A program made the translations under genes and the position numbers. Below, one piece after another: positions 11,001 through 19,764 of a DNA stretch of 64,000 nt. Every line of letters begins with the position of its first letter. Position 1 is the first letter of the stretch. The notes beneath the pieces were generated by a model that saw only the letters and a list, made by a program, of their open reading frames with translations, did not search any database and had not been told where the DNA came from. Origin of the DNA: Alphaproteobacteria bacterium (GTDB lineage: Bacteria; Pseudomonadota; Alphaproteobacteria; UBA828); assembly GCA_965221125.1 (NCBI GenBank), contig CBDCRW010000003.1, positions 256,001 through 320,000 of the forward strand, given 5' to 3'.

Positions 11001-14000
11001 GGCTCGGACGTCGCGACTGTCACGGTGGGCGACCGCGTGGCCGGCTTCGCCTTCGGCACGTTCGGGCCGGAGGTGGTGACGCGGGAGGAACTGGTCGCGC
11101 TCGCGCCGCCGGACGTGTCGGCGACGGCGCTCGCCACGATCCCCTCGGTGTTCGTGACATGCGTGCTCTCGTACGAGCTTGCCGGACTCAAGGCCGGGGA
11201 CCGCGTGCTGATTCATGCCGGCGCGGGCGGCGTCGGGCTCGCCGCCATCCAGCTCGCGCAAGCTGCGGGCGCGGAGGTGTTCGCCACGGCGAGCGCGCCC
11301 AAGCAGGCCTACCTCCGCTCGCTCGGCGTGGACCACGTGTTCGACAGCCGCTCGACCGCCTTCGGCCAGGACATCCTCGCGGCCACGGGTGGCGCCGGGG
11401 TCGACGTCGTGCTGAACAGCCTGACCGGCGAGGGCTTCATCGAGGCGAGCCTCGCCTGCCTCGCGGACGGCGGTCGCTTCGTGGAGCTTGCCCGGCGGGA
11501 CATCCTGAGCGAGGACGAGATGGCGGCGCTGCGGCCGGACGTCGCCTATTCGATCCTCGATCTCTACACCCTGAAGCAGCATGACCCGGCGCGGCCGGGC
11601 GCGGCTCTACGAGACGTGCTGGCGCGCATCGAGGCGGGCGAGCTTGCGCCGCTCAGGCACACCACATGGCCGTTGGCGGAGACGAGCACCGCGATGGGCT
11701 TCATGCGCGCGGCACGCCACATCGGCAAGATCGTGCTGACGACGCCGCCGTTCAGGACGGGCCGGCTGCGGCAGGACGGAACCTACCTGGTGACCGGCGG
11801 GCTCGGCGGCATCGGCTGCGCGCTCGCCGAATGGCTTGCCGAGCGCGGCGCGGGCACGGTGGTGCTGAACGGCCGCAGGCCGCCCGACGCGGCGGCGGAA
11901 CAGGCGATCGAGACGCTGCGCGCCCGCGGCTTCAGGGTCGAGGTCGAGATTGCGGACGTGACGGACACGGCCGCGCTCGATGCGATGCTGGCGCGGATGG
12001 ACCGGGAGCTTCCGCCGCTTGCCGGCGTGATCCACAGCGTCGGCGTGCTGGCGGACGCCGCCCTCGGCAATCAGAGCTGGGAGAGCTTCGAGACCGTGCT
12101 GTGGCCGAAGATGCTGGGGGCCTGGCACCTTCACCGGGCGACGGCGGAGCGCGATATCGACCTCTTCGTCATCTTCTCCAGCGTGGCCGGCGTTCTGGGC
12201 AATCCGGGCCAGGCCAACCACGCGGCGGCCAACGCCTTCCTCGATCAGCTTGCCGCCCACCGGCGCGCGCTGGGCCTCCCCGGACAGGCCATTGCCTGGG
12301 GTGCCTGGTCGGAGCTGGGCGAGGCGGAGGAGCAGCGCGAGCGGATCGCCGGGCGCAGGCAGGCATCGGGCACCGGCTGGTTCACGCCGGAGCAGGGTTT
12401 TAGGGCGCTCGACCGCCTGCTGCGCCAGGATGCGGCGGGCGCCGCGGTGGCGGCGGTGGACTGGCCGGTGTTCGGGGAGGCCGTCGGCGGCCGTCCGCCC
12501 CTGCTGGAGGATCTGCTCGCGGTTGCTGCGGAGGACGGCGACGGCTCGTCCCTGTCGGAAGACCTGCTTGCACGGCTCGCTTCGACCCCAGCGGCGGGGC
12601 GCGAGGACCTGCTGGTGTCCTTCCTCCAGGAGGAGGTGCAAGCGGTGCTCAGGCTGCCGTCCGCGCCGGCGTCCTCGGTCGGCTTCTTCGATCTGGGGAT
12701 GGACTCGCTGATGGCGGTCGAGCTGCGCAACCGCCTCAACCGGGCCTTCTCCGAAGCCTACGCGGCGCCGAACACGCTGGTGTTCGACTATCCGACCATC
12801 GCCGATCTGGCGCGTCATCTGGTGGGGGAGCTTGGCGAGGAGATCGCCGCACCGGCCCCGGACGCGGCGGCCGAACCGGGCCGGCAGGCGCCGGTGCGGA
12901 GCGAAGTCGATGGCATCGCCATCGTGGGCATGGCCTGCCGCTTCCCCGGTGCGCCGGACATCGCCACCTATTGGCGCCAGCTCGAGACCGGCCACGATGC
13001 GGTGGCGGACGCGCGGCAGGATAACGGGTCCTGGGCCGGCGTCGCGGGCGACCCCGCAAACGCGGACAGCATCTGGGCACGCGGCGGCTTCGTCGACGGG
13101 ATCGACCGCTTCGATGCGCGCTTCTTCGGCATGTCTCCCATCGGCGCGCGGATGGCGGACCCGCAGCAGCGGCTGCTCCTGGAGACGACCTGGCAGGCGC
13201 TCGAGGACGCGGGAATCGATCCGGATCGCCTGCGGGGCAGCCGCACCGGCGTCTATGCCGGCGTCTCCACCAGCGAGTACCGCGACCTGATGATGCTGGC
13301 CGGCAGCGAGACCCTCAGCTACCTCGGTACCGCCAGCAGCACCGCAGTCGGCGGCGTCGCGTTCAAGCTGGGCCTCATGGGGCCGACGAGTCCGGTGATG
13401 CTGAACTGCGCGGCGTCGCTGGTCGCGGTGCAGCAGGCGGTCGCCGGCCTGCGGCAGGGCGAGGTGGATCTGGCGCTGGTGGGCGGCGTGAACGCCGTTC
13501 TCTCGCCCGGACTGACCGTCGAGATGGCGGCTCTCGGCATGCTGTCGCGGCGCGGCCGCTGCAGCACCTTCGATGCTGCGGCGGACGGCTTCGTGCGGAG
13601 CGACGGCTGCGGCATGGTGGTCCTCAAGCGGCTCGCCGAGGCCGAGGCCGACGGCGATCGCATCTGGGCGGTCATCCGCGGCGCGGCGGTCAACCAGAAC
13701 GGGGCGAGCGCAGGGCCGACCGTGCCGAACGGCCCGGCGCAGGAGCGGGTGATCGAGGACGCGCTCTCGCAAGCGGGCGTTTCGCCGGCGGACATCGACT
13801 ATCTGGAGGCCCACGGCGCCGGTTCGGAACTGGGCGATCCCATTGAGGTGCAGGCGGCAGCGGCGGTCTACGGCAAGGAGCGCGCGGCCGACCGCCCGCT
13901 GCTGATGGGCTCGGTCAAGACCAACGTCGGCCACCTGGAATCGGCGGCGGGGGTCGCCGGCCTGATCAAGGTCGTGCTGGCGATGCGGCACGGTGCAATC

Positions 14001-15461
14001 CCGAAGAACCTGCACTTCCATGAGCCCAATCCGCACCTGGAGTGGGATCGGCTGCCGGTGCGGGTGGTGTCGGAGATGACGGACTGGCCGGACACGCTTG
14101 ACCGTCCTCCGAGGGCAGGGGTCAGCGCCTTCGGGATTTCGGGCGTGAACGCGCACGTCGTCGTGGAGGGGTACGGGCCGGTGAATGGCGCCTCGGCTGA
14201 AGGCGATGGAGGAAACTCCCATGCTGGCGCTCCGCAGCGGGTCGCGGCGACCCTGCCGGAGCCGGTCGCGAGTCTGCCGCCGTCCGAGGAAGCGTTCTCC
14301 GCGCGCGAGACGCGGGTGCTGCCGCTCTCGGCCAAGTCCGACGAGGCGCTCCGGGCGCTGGCCGGGCGATATCTCTTCTGGCTCGATGAGCATGCCGATG
14401 AAATGACGATGAGCGGTGATGCCTCCGCTCCCCTGCTCTCAGACATGGCGTGGACCGCCGCCGTCAGCCGGAGCCACTTCGATCTTCGCGCGGGCGTGTT
14501 GTTCCAGGACGCAGCGTCGCTGCGACAGGGTCTCACCGCGCACGCGAATGCCGACGCGGGGCCTGGGCCGAAGACGGCGACGAAGGTGGCATTCGTCTAC
14601 ACCGGCGAGGCCAGCCGGTGGGTCGGCATGGGCGAGGCCCTCTATGCGCGCGAGCCGGTGGTGCGCGCCGTGCTCGACCGTTGCGACGAAGTGCTGCGCG
14701 AATCGGGTCGGCCGTCCCTGCTGGATGTCATGTTCGGCCGGCCGGGGGCGGCCGGCGACGTGGACAACCCGCAGTGGGCGCAGCCCGCGACCTATGCGCT
14801 CGGGTGCGCGCTCACCGCGCTGTGGGCGAGCGTCGCCATCCGGCCGAGCGTGGTGGCAGGGCAGGGCGCAGGCGAGATCGCGGCGGCGCAGGCCGCCGGC
14901 GTGCTCGGTCTGGAGGATGGCTTGCGGCTCGCGGCATCCCCCGGCGATCCTGAGGCGGCGCTGGAGGGGATCGCAATCGCCGCGCCGTCGCTCGCCCTGG
15001 TAAGCAGCCTCACCGGCCGCGTGACGGACCCGGATCAGGCCCTGGATGGGTCGTACTGGCAACGCCAGGCAGATGGCGCTCCACTCGCAATCGACGGCTG
15101 CGCCGAGACCCTGGCTGCCCTCGGCGTCGACGTCGTCATCGAGATCGGCCCTGATGCCGCGTTGGCGCCGCTGCTGGCAGAGGCCTGGCCGAAGACCGGG
15201 GAAAACGCAGCGGCGCCACTGCTGTTGTCGAGCATGCGGCGGCCGTCGGGCGGCGAGGATGCGGCGGAGGGAGGTGCCGACGCTGACTTCGTGGAGGCAG
15301 TCGCCCGGGCTTACGAGGCGGGGCTCGGCGTGTCCTTCGCGGGTCTCTTCGCGGGCGAGACGCGGCGTCGTATCTCGCTGCCGGGCTATCCCTTCCAGCG
15401 CCGGCGCTTCTGGCTGCCGAAGCCCGGCCAGCGCGCGCCCGCGTCGGATCGAGCGCTCTAA
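5076..15461 (+). CDS. supA: Type I PKS/FAS with SupA-like architecture KS-AT-DH-cMT-ER-KR-ACP-KS-AT0 (methyl-branched fatty acid synthase type)
   Basis: KS1 DTACSSS/EAHGTG/NIGH; AT1 GHSLG; DH HRVFGRLIAP; MT LEVGAGIG; ER HAGAGGVG; KR TGGLGGIG; ACP GMDSL; KS2 MLNCAAS/EAHGAG/NVGH; shortened AT2 with GQGAG (no Ser). The domain order matches sponge-symbiont SupA as recalled. Confidence 0.85.
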   Translation: MAERDKPCARADDACPPDEGRAPEVSGSNEPVAIVGMACRFPGADDIHAFWRLLEEGGNAVQEGVLGSGIGRIGALFPDDTGQIPACRFGAYLDEIDQFDAAFFRISPVEARLLDPQQRLILETSWRALEDAGIDPDLLKESRTGVYAGISNNDYRGLILEAGENAGAAEPAASLYAVTGTSLNTAIGRVAFALGLGGPAMAVDTACSSSLVATHQAVSGLQRGDADLALAGGVNIILSGRLLEFRANAGMLSPDGQCKTFDASANGYVRGEGCGILVLKRLAEAEADGDRIWGVIRGTALNQDGASQGLTVPNGAAQERVIQAALERAGVQPSDIDYLEAHGTGTEVGDPIEINATAAVYGRDRDAGRPLLIGSVKTNIGHLESAAGVAGLVKTVLAMNRGLIPRHLHFRTPNPEMDWERMPLQVTSEPAPWPARADRPPLAGVSGFGWSGTNAHVVLEGYGGPNGAEGATGAARPVAVSLPASVAGQAQAEGGLAPRGTRLLPLSGRTADALRAQAAGYLEWLGERKAALVAEGAASDPLLSDMAWSAGTGRSHFGHRAGVVFHDAGSLRDGLTTLADGEAEMASAAGAPTGAKVAFAYTGQASQWLGMGAALYASEPVVRAVLDHCDAVLAEERGGASLLDVMFGRAGAAGDLDDPQWKQPAIYALECALAALWESIGIRPDVVIGHSLGEIAAAQTAGVFSLEEGLRFAAARGALLGALPGEGAMAAVFAPAPRVAEAVDELNAASAGPGLSVAADNGAHQVVSGPKADVEALLARFEAEEIRVARLRRSPAYHSAMIEPALGDLEAAISTIRFTPPSLTFVSNLTGRALEPGEAPDAAYWRRQTREKVAFRACIETLAELGVDAVIEIGPHAVLGPMTTMAWPASAGAPPAVMSSLIRPAKDEEPPAPGSGGGFVAAVAGAYEAGLPLRYDGLFAGEARRRIALPGYPFQRERHWVEAPKRRRQASDHPLLGSRHESASGEIAFDTEIFPSDPAWLADHRVFGRLIAPGALYGAMAAAACRAEGDDAAAVEDFRMQTALVFPKEDAEDAGRRMQVLLDDGEEGASRRVRVLSRGEGEDGWTLHAEGQVSSGAAGAPPAVPPLDVDGCKAALSPVDLPAYYRAKSAVGIDLGPSFRTLAALWARDGEALGEVMLPAGVEQGPLDVHPLMLDGCFQIMAAARDPDGTEDGITYLPFAWERLWLSDGLPDRLFCHVTMRESPRDVAADGEDGGALEVRAADMRLHGESGALLGELAGFTVKRATRSAMLAAVEGVDELLYEVVWRDRALPPGMLPADFLPSPTAAASRAQPFSRYLTDEGVDVADETDLQGEMGRASWCYALAALEALGWERSAGAVVDSEEQRERLEVLPEHANLFRRMLEILARSGMLQAKDEGFVVTVGADDPLPDDMPRDSEAFLDEVTARFPHAANEIGLFRRCAGALSEVLRGNEDPLSLLFGDAEPTAGDLYRLAPVWRAANRMIGEVVRSLVDDVPDGRRLRVLEVGAGIGSATETILPELAAGQFDYMYTDISAGFFAEAESRFGGAEASIDYRVLDIEKDPVEQGFDPHAYDMVIAANVLHATRHLDETLAHCRALLAPSGLLVALENQRGRGWMDLIFGQLDGWWRFADRYRADHALAGPDVWRQALADTGFTESEVLGVDRSAAAGLPDRGVIVAQAPAEIALPEGVWILAADRGGTAAALAAQLAAQNQRVVLAGDDPHATGAAAESEAGIVAASVEMERRESWASLVENLPPDVPFAGAVHLVAQDGHGPEATTADMAADAKRAAASALALVQGIADADAAPEKGLWFVTRGAQVLERERAGQLAGAALWGLGRVVAREAPQLQSRMLDLDPEAAEPQAVLADELLFPDSENHIAHRRGRRQAARLVRAGSGANSLALPEEADWVLAPDEGGAIETLRVQRQPARALERGEVRVAVEACGLNFLDVFRAMGLVEEGLLGEEFCGRIVETGSDVATVTVGDRVAGFAFGTFGPEVVTREELVALAPPDVSATALATIPSVFVTCVLSYELAGLKAGDRVLIHAGAGGVGLAAIQLAQAAGAEVFATASAPKQAYLRSLGVDHVFDSRSTAFGQDILAATGGAGVDVVLNSLTGEGFIEASLACLADGGRFVELARRDILSEDEMAALRPDVAYSILDLYTLKQHDPARPGAALRDVLARIEAGELAPLRHTTWPLAETSTAMGFMRAARHIGKIVLTTPPFRTGRLRQDGTYLVTGGLGGIGCALAEWLAERGAGTVVLNGRRPPDAAAEQAIETLRARGFRVEVEIADVTDTAALDAMLARMDRELPPLAGVIHSVGVLADAALGNQSWESFETVLWPKMLGAWHLHRATAERDIDLFVIFSSVAGVLGNPGQANHAAANAFLDQLAAHRRALGLPGQAIAWGAWSELGEAEEQRERIAGRRQASGTGWFTPEQGFRALDRLLRQDAAGAAVAAVDWPVFGEAVGGRPPLLEDLLAVAAEDGDGSSLSEDLLARLASTPAAGREDLLVSFLQEEVQAVLRLPSAPASSVGFFDLGMDSLMAVELRNRLNRAFSEAYAAPNTLVFDYPTIADLARHLVGELGEEIAAPAPDAAAEPGRQAPVRSEVDGIAIVGMACRFPGAPDIATYWRQLETGHDAVADARQDNGSWAGVAGDPANADSIWARGGFVDGIDRFDARFFGMSPIGARMADPQQRLLLETTWQALEDAGIDPDRLRGSRTGVYAGVSTSEYRDLMMLAGSETLSYLGTASSTAVGGVAFKLGLMGPTSPVMLNCAASLVAVQQAVAGLRQGEVDLALVGGVNAVLSPGLTVEMAALGMLSRRGRCSTFDAAADGFVRSDGCGMVVLKRLAEAEADGDRIWAVIRGAAVNQNGASAGPTVPNGPAQERVIEDALSQAGVSPADIDYLEAHGAGSELGDPIEVQAAAAVYGKERAADRPLLMGSVKTNVGHLESAAGVAGLIKVVLAMRHGAIPKNLHFHEPNPHLEWDRLPVRVVSEMTDWPDTLDRPPRAGVSAFGISGVNAHVVVEGYGPVNGASAEGDGGNSHAGAPQRVAATLPEPVASLPPSEEAFSARETRVLPLSAKSDEALRALAGRYLFWLDEHADEMTMSGDASAPLLSDMAWTAAVSRSHFDLRAGVLFQDAASLRQGLTAHANADAGPGPKTATKVAFVYTGEASRWVGMGEALYAREPVVRAVLDRCDEVLRESGRPSLLDVMFGRPGAAGDVDNPQWAQPATYALGCALTALWASVAIRPSVVAGQGAGEIAAAQAAGVLGLEDGLRLAASPGDPEAALEGIAIAAPSLALVSSLTGRVTDPDQALDGSYWQRQADGAPLAIDGCAETLAALGVDVVIEIGPDAALAPLLAEAWPKTGENAAAPLLLSSMRRPSGGEDAAEGGADADFVEAVARAYEAGLGVSFAGLFAGETRRRISLPGYPFQRRRFWLPKPGQRAPASDRAL

Positions 15462-16357
15462 GCGAGGCCGTGGCGCTCCAGGAAGGCGCGGGTCACGGCG
15501 GCGCACTCCGCAGGCTTCTCCAGCTGCAGGAAATGCGTCGCCTCGGGGATGAAATCGTAGTCCATGGCCGAGACAATTCGCTGGTCGAGCGTCGGCAGGT
15601 ACGCATGCGGCAGGGTGGGGTCGGCGCCGATGATCTTCGCGGGGCAGGAGACCAGATCGAGGTCCAGCAGCGGGAAGAAGCTCCGCACGTAATCCATCAT
15701 CTGCGCCTCGTAGTCGCGGGGGCAGCGAAGCTCATAGCCTTCTCCGTTCGCGGCCTCCCGGAGCGTCGTCCGGGCCATGAGCTCGTGTACGCCGGGAACG
15801 GCCCGCTTGAAGGTGGGGAAGATCCCCAGAATCTCGATAAAGTCTTCGCGTCTCCTGAAGTGGTGTCCCCGCCGGCGGATCTGGGCCGCCCCGCGCTCGG
15901 CAGCGTCGTGAAGTTCCGTGTGACTCGCGCCGGCTCTGGTCAGGGGCGGGTCGAACAGGACCAGCGCCGAATAGAGTTTGCTGAACGAGAGCAGCGTCAC
16001 GACCGTGGTGAGCGAGTGAAAGATGCCGACGGTCGGCTTGCTACCAAAGGTGCGGTCCACGGCCTCGAGAATGATGTCGTGGTCGCGGATCATGGTCGGA
16101 ACGTTGTGGTCCGTCTGGGCGCCGACGCCGTTCCAGCCGTGGTTCCTGAGGTCGTAGACCGCAAGGTCGTAGTTGTCCGCGAGCAGCGACCAGAACGGAT
16201 AGTAGAGATCGGCGGCGAGGCCGCTGCCGTGGCTCAGGACGATCCTGGGGCCCGACGGATTGCCGTGCCGCCGCACGGTGGTGACGGTAGCGGCGTCGAG
16301 GCGGACATCCAGCGTCGAAAGGGGCTGGGGTATCTCCCAGACCACGTCTGTCGTCAT
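15458..16357 (-). CDS. Alpha/beta-hydrolase fold protein (sup-associated, candidate thioesterase/transferase)
   Basis: SHGSG, YDLRNHG, degenerate nucleophile elbow FHSLT, C-terminal HFLQLE; its stop overlaps the PKS stop. Confidence 0.8.
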   Translation of the reverse strand: MTTDVVWEIPQPLSTLDVRLDAATVTTVRRHGNPSGPRIVLSHGSGLAADLYYPFWSLLADNYDLAVYDLRNHGWNGVGAQTDHNVPTMIRDHDIILEAVDRTFGSKPTVGIFHSLTTVVTLLSFSKLYSALVLFDPPLTRAGASHTELHDAAERGAAQIRRRGHHFRRREDFIEILGIFPTFKRAVPGVHELMARTTLREAANGEGYELRCPRDYEAQMMDYVRSFFPLLDLDLVSCPAKIIGADPTLPHAYLPTLDQRIVSAMDYDFIPEATHFLQLEKPAECAAVTRAFLERHGLA

Positions 16358-16500
16358 GGCGGAGGGTCGGGGCTCCTCCCGGCGCCGGGCTTCGGGCGGG
16401 GCCTCACCATGGGCCGGATCCGGCTGCGGCCGGTGCCGGAATTGCCGACCGCCCCCGCATTCGGAGGCGGCCGGCCGTGCTCACGTGGCGCCGGGGAGCA

Positions 16501-16731
16501 TCACCCGGCGCGGGCATCGATATAGGTCACGAGCTCGCGCAAGGTGTTGAACTGCAGGCAGTCCTCCGCGACCATGTTCAGGCCGAACTCCTGATTGACC
16601 GTCTTGTAGAACGCGACCGCATCCACCGAAGAGACTCCGGCGTCACTGAACGCCCGATCGAAATCCGGATCGTGGTCCAGGTCGAAGCTGTCGCTGATGA
16701 TTGTCCGCAGGCGGGCTTCCGTTGACGACAT
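16501..16731 (-). CDS. Stand-alone acyl carrier protein (SupB-like)
   Basis: 76 aa from ATG 16731 with RBS AGGGAG; DAGVSSVDAV phosphopantetheine-site-like motif; TLRELVTYID C-terminus. Confidence 0.8.
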   Translation of the reverse strand: MSSTEARLRTIISDSFDLDHDPDFDRAFSDAGVSSVDAVAFYKTVNQEFGLNMVAEDCLQFNTLRELVTYIDARAG

Positions 16732-17051
16732 GCGTATGGTCTCCCTAATCTTCAAGGGTTCGAAGTGAGGCCTCTCACAGGGTTTGGGCGCTTACGGGCC
16801 CGGTCACACGAACGCCACCGCGGAGGCGGGAGGCGCTGCGCAACAACTGCGAGCCATTAGGCATCGACTATGCCGATCCGGTCAAGTCTCGCCATGGCGT
16901 GTTGTTCGGCGCCCAGTTTTGACCCTGCGGGGTCACTCTAAATCAACGAGTTAGCACGCCGATCCGCGTCCAAATTACGCGCCGATCAATATCCCCCCGC
17001 GAACTCGTTGAATTCCCTCGACAGCGGGCGCGCGCCGCTGCACTAGCGCCG

Positions 17052-19328
17052 TTACAGCGGGCGGGCGAAGCGATCGTCTTCCCTGTCCATAGCGTGAGCC
17101 ACGGCTTCGAGGATCATGAGGAGGTCTTGAGGCGAAAGCGTCCCGGCTTCGCGCAGCATCCCGAGCAGGACCTGCCGGGCGACGGGGTGGCGGCGACAGG
17201 CCTGGTTCAGGGTGTCCGTGAAGCCGCCCTCCACGATCGTCTTCATGGCCTGTTCGAAGAGGGCGCCTTGCCCGCACCCTGCGACGCCGTCGAGAGCTGC
17301 GCCACGCACCGATGCCGAGGGATCGCGCAAGCCGCCGACGGTCCTTTCGGGATGAGTTGTGGCCACCGCCTTCAACGCAGCGGCACGCACGCCGTCGTCG
17401 GGATCATCGAGCAGCGGAGCGAGGTGGAGACCCGCGTCTCCCCGTGCGGAGAGCGCGCGCGCGGCGGCCGCCCGCACAGACGGATCGCCGTCCTGCAATG
17501 CCTCGACGGCAATTTCGGTCAGATCGGATGAGAGGGGCATCGCGGCGGCGCGCCGGGCGATTGCCTCGAAGGCGGCGGTGCGCAACGCGGGTACCGTCGA
17601 GGCCGCCGCCTCCAGCAGCGCCTCCTCGATCCCGTCGCCTGCGCATTCGGCCGTCAGTCGCAGCGCGACCACTCGAAGGTCCTGGCTGAAGTGGTCGGGT
17701 CCCTCGACCGCCACTCGTCCGGGGCGAATTTTCGGCGCGGGCTTGGACGGCCGTCCGCCATCGTCCGAGGGGGCCGCCGCGGCACCGGGCTGGGCTGGCG
17801 AAAGCACACGCCCGCCGATCGCATCGAGGGTCGAACGGGGATACGCCGGCTCCGTCTCATCAGTGCCCGAAGCCTCGTCATCGGGGCCGGAGGACGGCGG
17901 CGTCAGAGTGGGGGATGTCCCGTCGTCCGGCGCCGCGGCTTCCGCCTTTCCATCGTGGTGCCTCGCAGCCACCTCGGGCGCGGGCGTGCCGTCGCGCCCG
18001 TTGCTTGCCTCCTCAGACGGCTCAGGCACGAGAGACCCGCGCACGGCATCGGTCAACACCGCGCGCGATCGATCCGCCACATCCCCCGCTGCGCTTCCGC
18101 TCAGCTCGACAAGCGCGGCGAGCGCCGCAAGCCTCACCTGCCGGGCGCGATCCACGGCCGCGCGGCTGAGCGCGTCGACACTCTCTTGCGTCTCGATCCC
18201 GCCCAGGGAGCGCAGGGCGGCAATCCTGACCTCGGGGTGCCGCTCGGTGTCCTCGGCCGCCTCGCAGAGCGCACTCTGAGAACGTGTGCCGGCCAGCGTC
18301 GGCAGCACCGCCGCGCAAACCGTCGCCAGGGGAGCAGCGGCGGTGCGCAGCCATGCCTCCACGTTGGCGACGAGATCGGGCTCGTCACTGCCCGCAGGTT
18401 CGCTTCCGCGCGCTTCCAGCGCAGGTTCGCTTCCGCGCGCTTCCAGCGCAGGTTCGCTTCCGCGCGCTTCCAGCGCGACGGCGCGCACCGCCTCGTCCGG
18501 GTCGCGGAGGGCGGATCGCCAGACGTCCGCGCGTACCGGCGCGGCCCGCGCCAGCGCGGCGCAGCGCACGGCGGCGTCCGGATCGTTCGACGCAAGGGCG
18601 GCGAGCGTCTCGTCGCCTTCGTCGAAGCAATCGATGGCGAGGCGGCGCACGTCCGGGCTCGGGTCTCGAACCAGCGCCTCGCGCAAGGGTGCCAGCGCGT
18701 CGCGCCCGACGGTGGACAATGCAGCCAGGGCGCGCTCGCGGACGCGCGCCCCTTTGTGCTCAAGGAAGCCGTGCAGCGCCGGAACGCCGCGTGCCGGCAG
18801 TCGCGCGAGCGTGGAGAACACGACGTGGTCCAGGTCCTGGCCCTCCTCGTCCTCCCGAATTTCGATCAGATCGTCGACCGCCTCGTCTGCACCGATGGCG
18901 CCGAGCGCCTCGATCGCGGCCACCTGCACATCGAGCCAGTCGTCCCATCCACCGTCCAGCTCCTCCCAAGCAACCTCTGCTTCGCACCGGCTCCGCGCCA
19001 GCGCACGCAGGAGCCCGACCGAAGACACGTCCTTCAGCCGGGCCAGCGCCCGAATGGCCGCCATCTTGACCTCTCCCACGGGGTCGCCCGCGAGCGAGCG
19101 GCGGATGGCGGGCGCGTCCTCAGGCCGGGCGCAGCGCGCGAGCGCGTCCATCGCGTCCGCGCGGAGGTCCGGGTCCGGGTCGCTGAGCACGCCCACCAGC
19201 GACGCCGCGGCGCTCTCACCGCCCAGCGCACCGAGCGCGCGCGCGGCGGCGCAGCGGACGACGTCGTCCGACGCGGCGAGGTAGGGCGCGATGGTCTGTG
19301 CGGGATCGATGTCGGAGGCCGCGCGCGC
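17052..19328 (-). CDS. HEAT/PBS-lyase repeat protein (start uncertain; first canonical start is GTG 19196)
   Basis: Repeated D-P-D-x-x-V-R-x-A-A-x-x-A-L units; the frame is open right up to the idrA stop codon. Confidence 0.8.
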   Translation of the reverse strand, partial: ARAASDIDPAQTIAPYLAASDDVVRCAAARALGALGGESAAASLVGVLSDPDPDLRADAMDALARCARPEDAPAIRRSLAGDPVGEVKMAAIRALARLKDVSSVGLLRALARSRCEAEVAWEELDGGWDDWLDVQVAAIEALGAIGADEAVDDLIEIREDEEGQDLDHVVFSTLARLPARGVPALHGFLEHKGARVRERALAALSTVGRDALAPLREALVRDPSPDVRRLAIDCFDEGDETLAALASNDPDAAVRCAALARAAPVRADVWRSALRDPDEAVRAVALEARGSEPALEARGSEPALEARGSEPAGSDEPDLVANVEAWLRTAAAPLATVCAAVLPTLAGTRSQSALCEAAEDTERHPEVRIAALRSLGGIETQESVDALSRAAVDRARQVRLAALAALVELSGSAAGDVADRSRAVLTDAVRGSLVPEPSEEASNGRDGTPAPEVAARHHDGKAEAAAPDDGTSPTLTPPSSGPDDEASGTDETEPAYPRSTLDAIGGRVLSPAQPGAAAAPSDDGGRPSKPAPKIRPGRVAVEGPDHFSQDLRVVALRLTAECAGDGIEEALLEAAASTVPALRTAAFEAIARRAAAMPLSSDLTEIAVEALQDGDPSVRAAAARALSARGDAGLHLAPLLDDPDDGVRAAALKAVATTHPERTVGGLRDPSASVRGAALDGVAGCGQGALFEQAMKTIVEGGFTDTLNQACRRHPVARQVLLGMLREAGTLSPQDLLMILEAVAHAMDREDDRFARPL
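18394..18474. repeat. 27-bp tandem repeat x3 (encodes LEARGSEPA x3)
   Basis: GCAGGTTCGCTTCCGCGCGCTTCCAGC at 18394, 18421 and 18448. Confidence 0.95.
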
Positions 19329-19618
19329 TCAGGCGATGTCGCGGCGCGCGAACGACATGGAGCGGTACTGGCGCTTGTAGGGGCTTTCGCCCAGACGCCG
19401 GACCCGTCCCACGCCCATCTTGTAGTTGTAGTTGCCGCTGATCCAGTCGACCACGCGGCCCACTAGCGAGTTTGCCGGCTGGCTGGTGTGCAGGAAGTCC
19501 ATGTAGCCGACGCCCTTCTTGATCGCCGGCGTGACGATGGCGACGGCGGTGATCGCCGCGCGCGTCAACTCGATATGTCCGTCGCGCAGCAGCGAGGCAA
19601 AATCGAAGTCGTCGCCTT
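19329..19618 (-). pseudogene. idrA: 3' fragment of idrA, separated by the transposon
   Basis: Removing the element and one CCTT copy gives the in-frame join ...TIIGVEG-DDFDFASLLRDGHIELTRAAITAVA...NYKMGVGRV...RRDIA*. Confidence 0.9.
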
Positions 19619-19764
19619 TGTTGTTTTCCGGTCTAGCCGGATAGAAGCACGGGTTTTTTTCTCACTTTGATTGGTTGGTGGATTTCCCGGGATGGTGGCC
19701 GAGTGCGGGAAGGACGCTGCCTGCGGCATTTTTTTGATCCTCAGCAGAATCCTCATTGCTGTTG

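Noticed and set aside
5700-15506. Long antisense and alternative-frame ORFs over the PKS and other genes (e.g. 11607-14393, 24227-27013, 59536-62271)
   Set aside because: These are typical stop-poor shadow frames of high-GC coding DNA with no recognisable motifs.
18394-18474. CRISPR array
   Set aside because: The repeats are contiguous with no spacers and lie in frame within a CDS; no array or cas gene was seen anywhere in the window.
19329-19331. Selenocysteine recoding of the idrA TGA
   Set aside because: The position fits a natural C-terminus for this family and no convincing SECIS-like hairpin was recognised; kept only as a start-codon anomaly.
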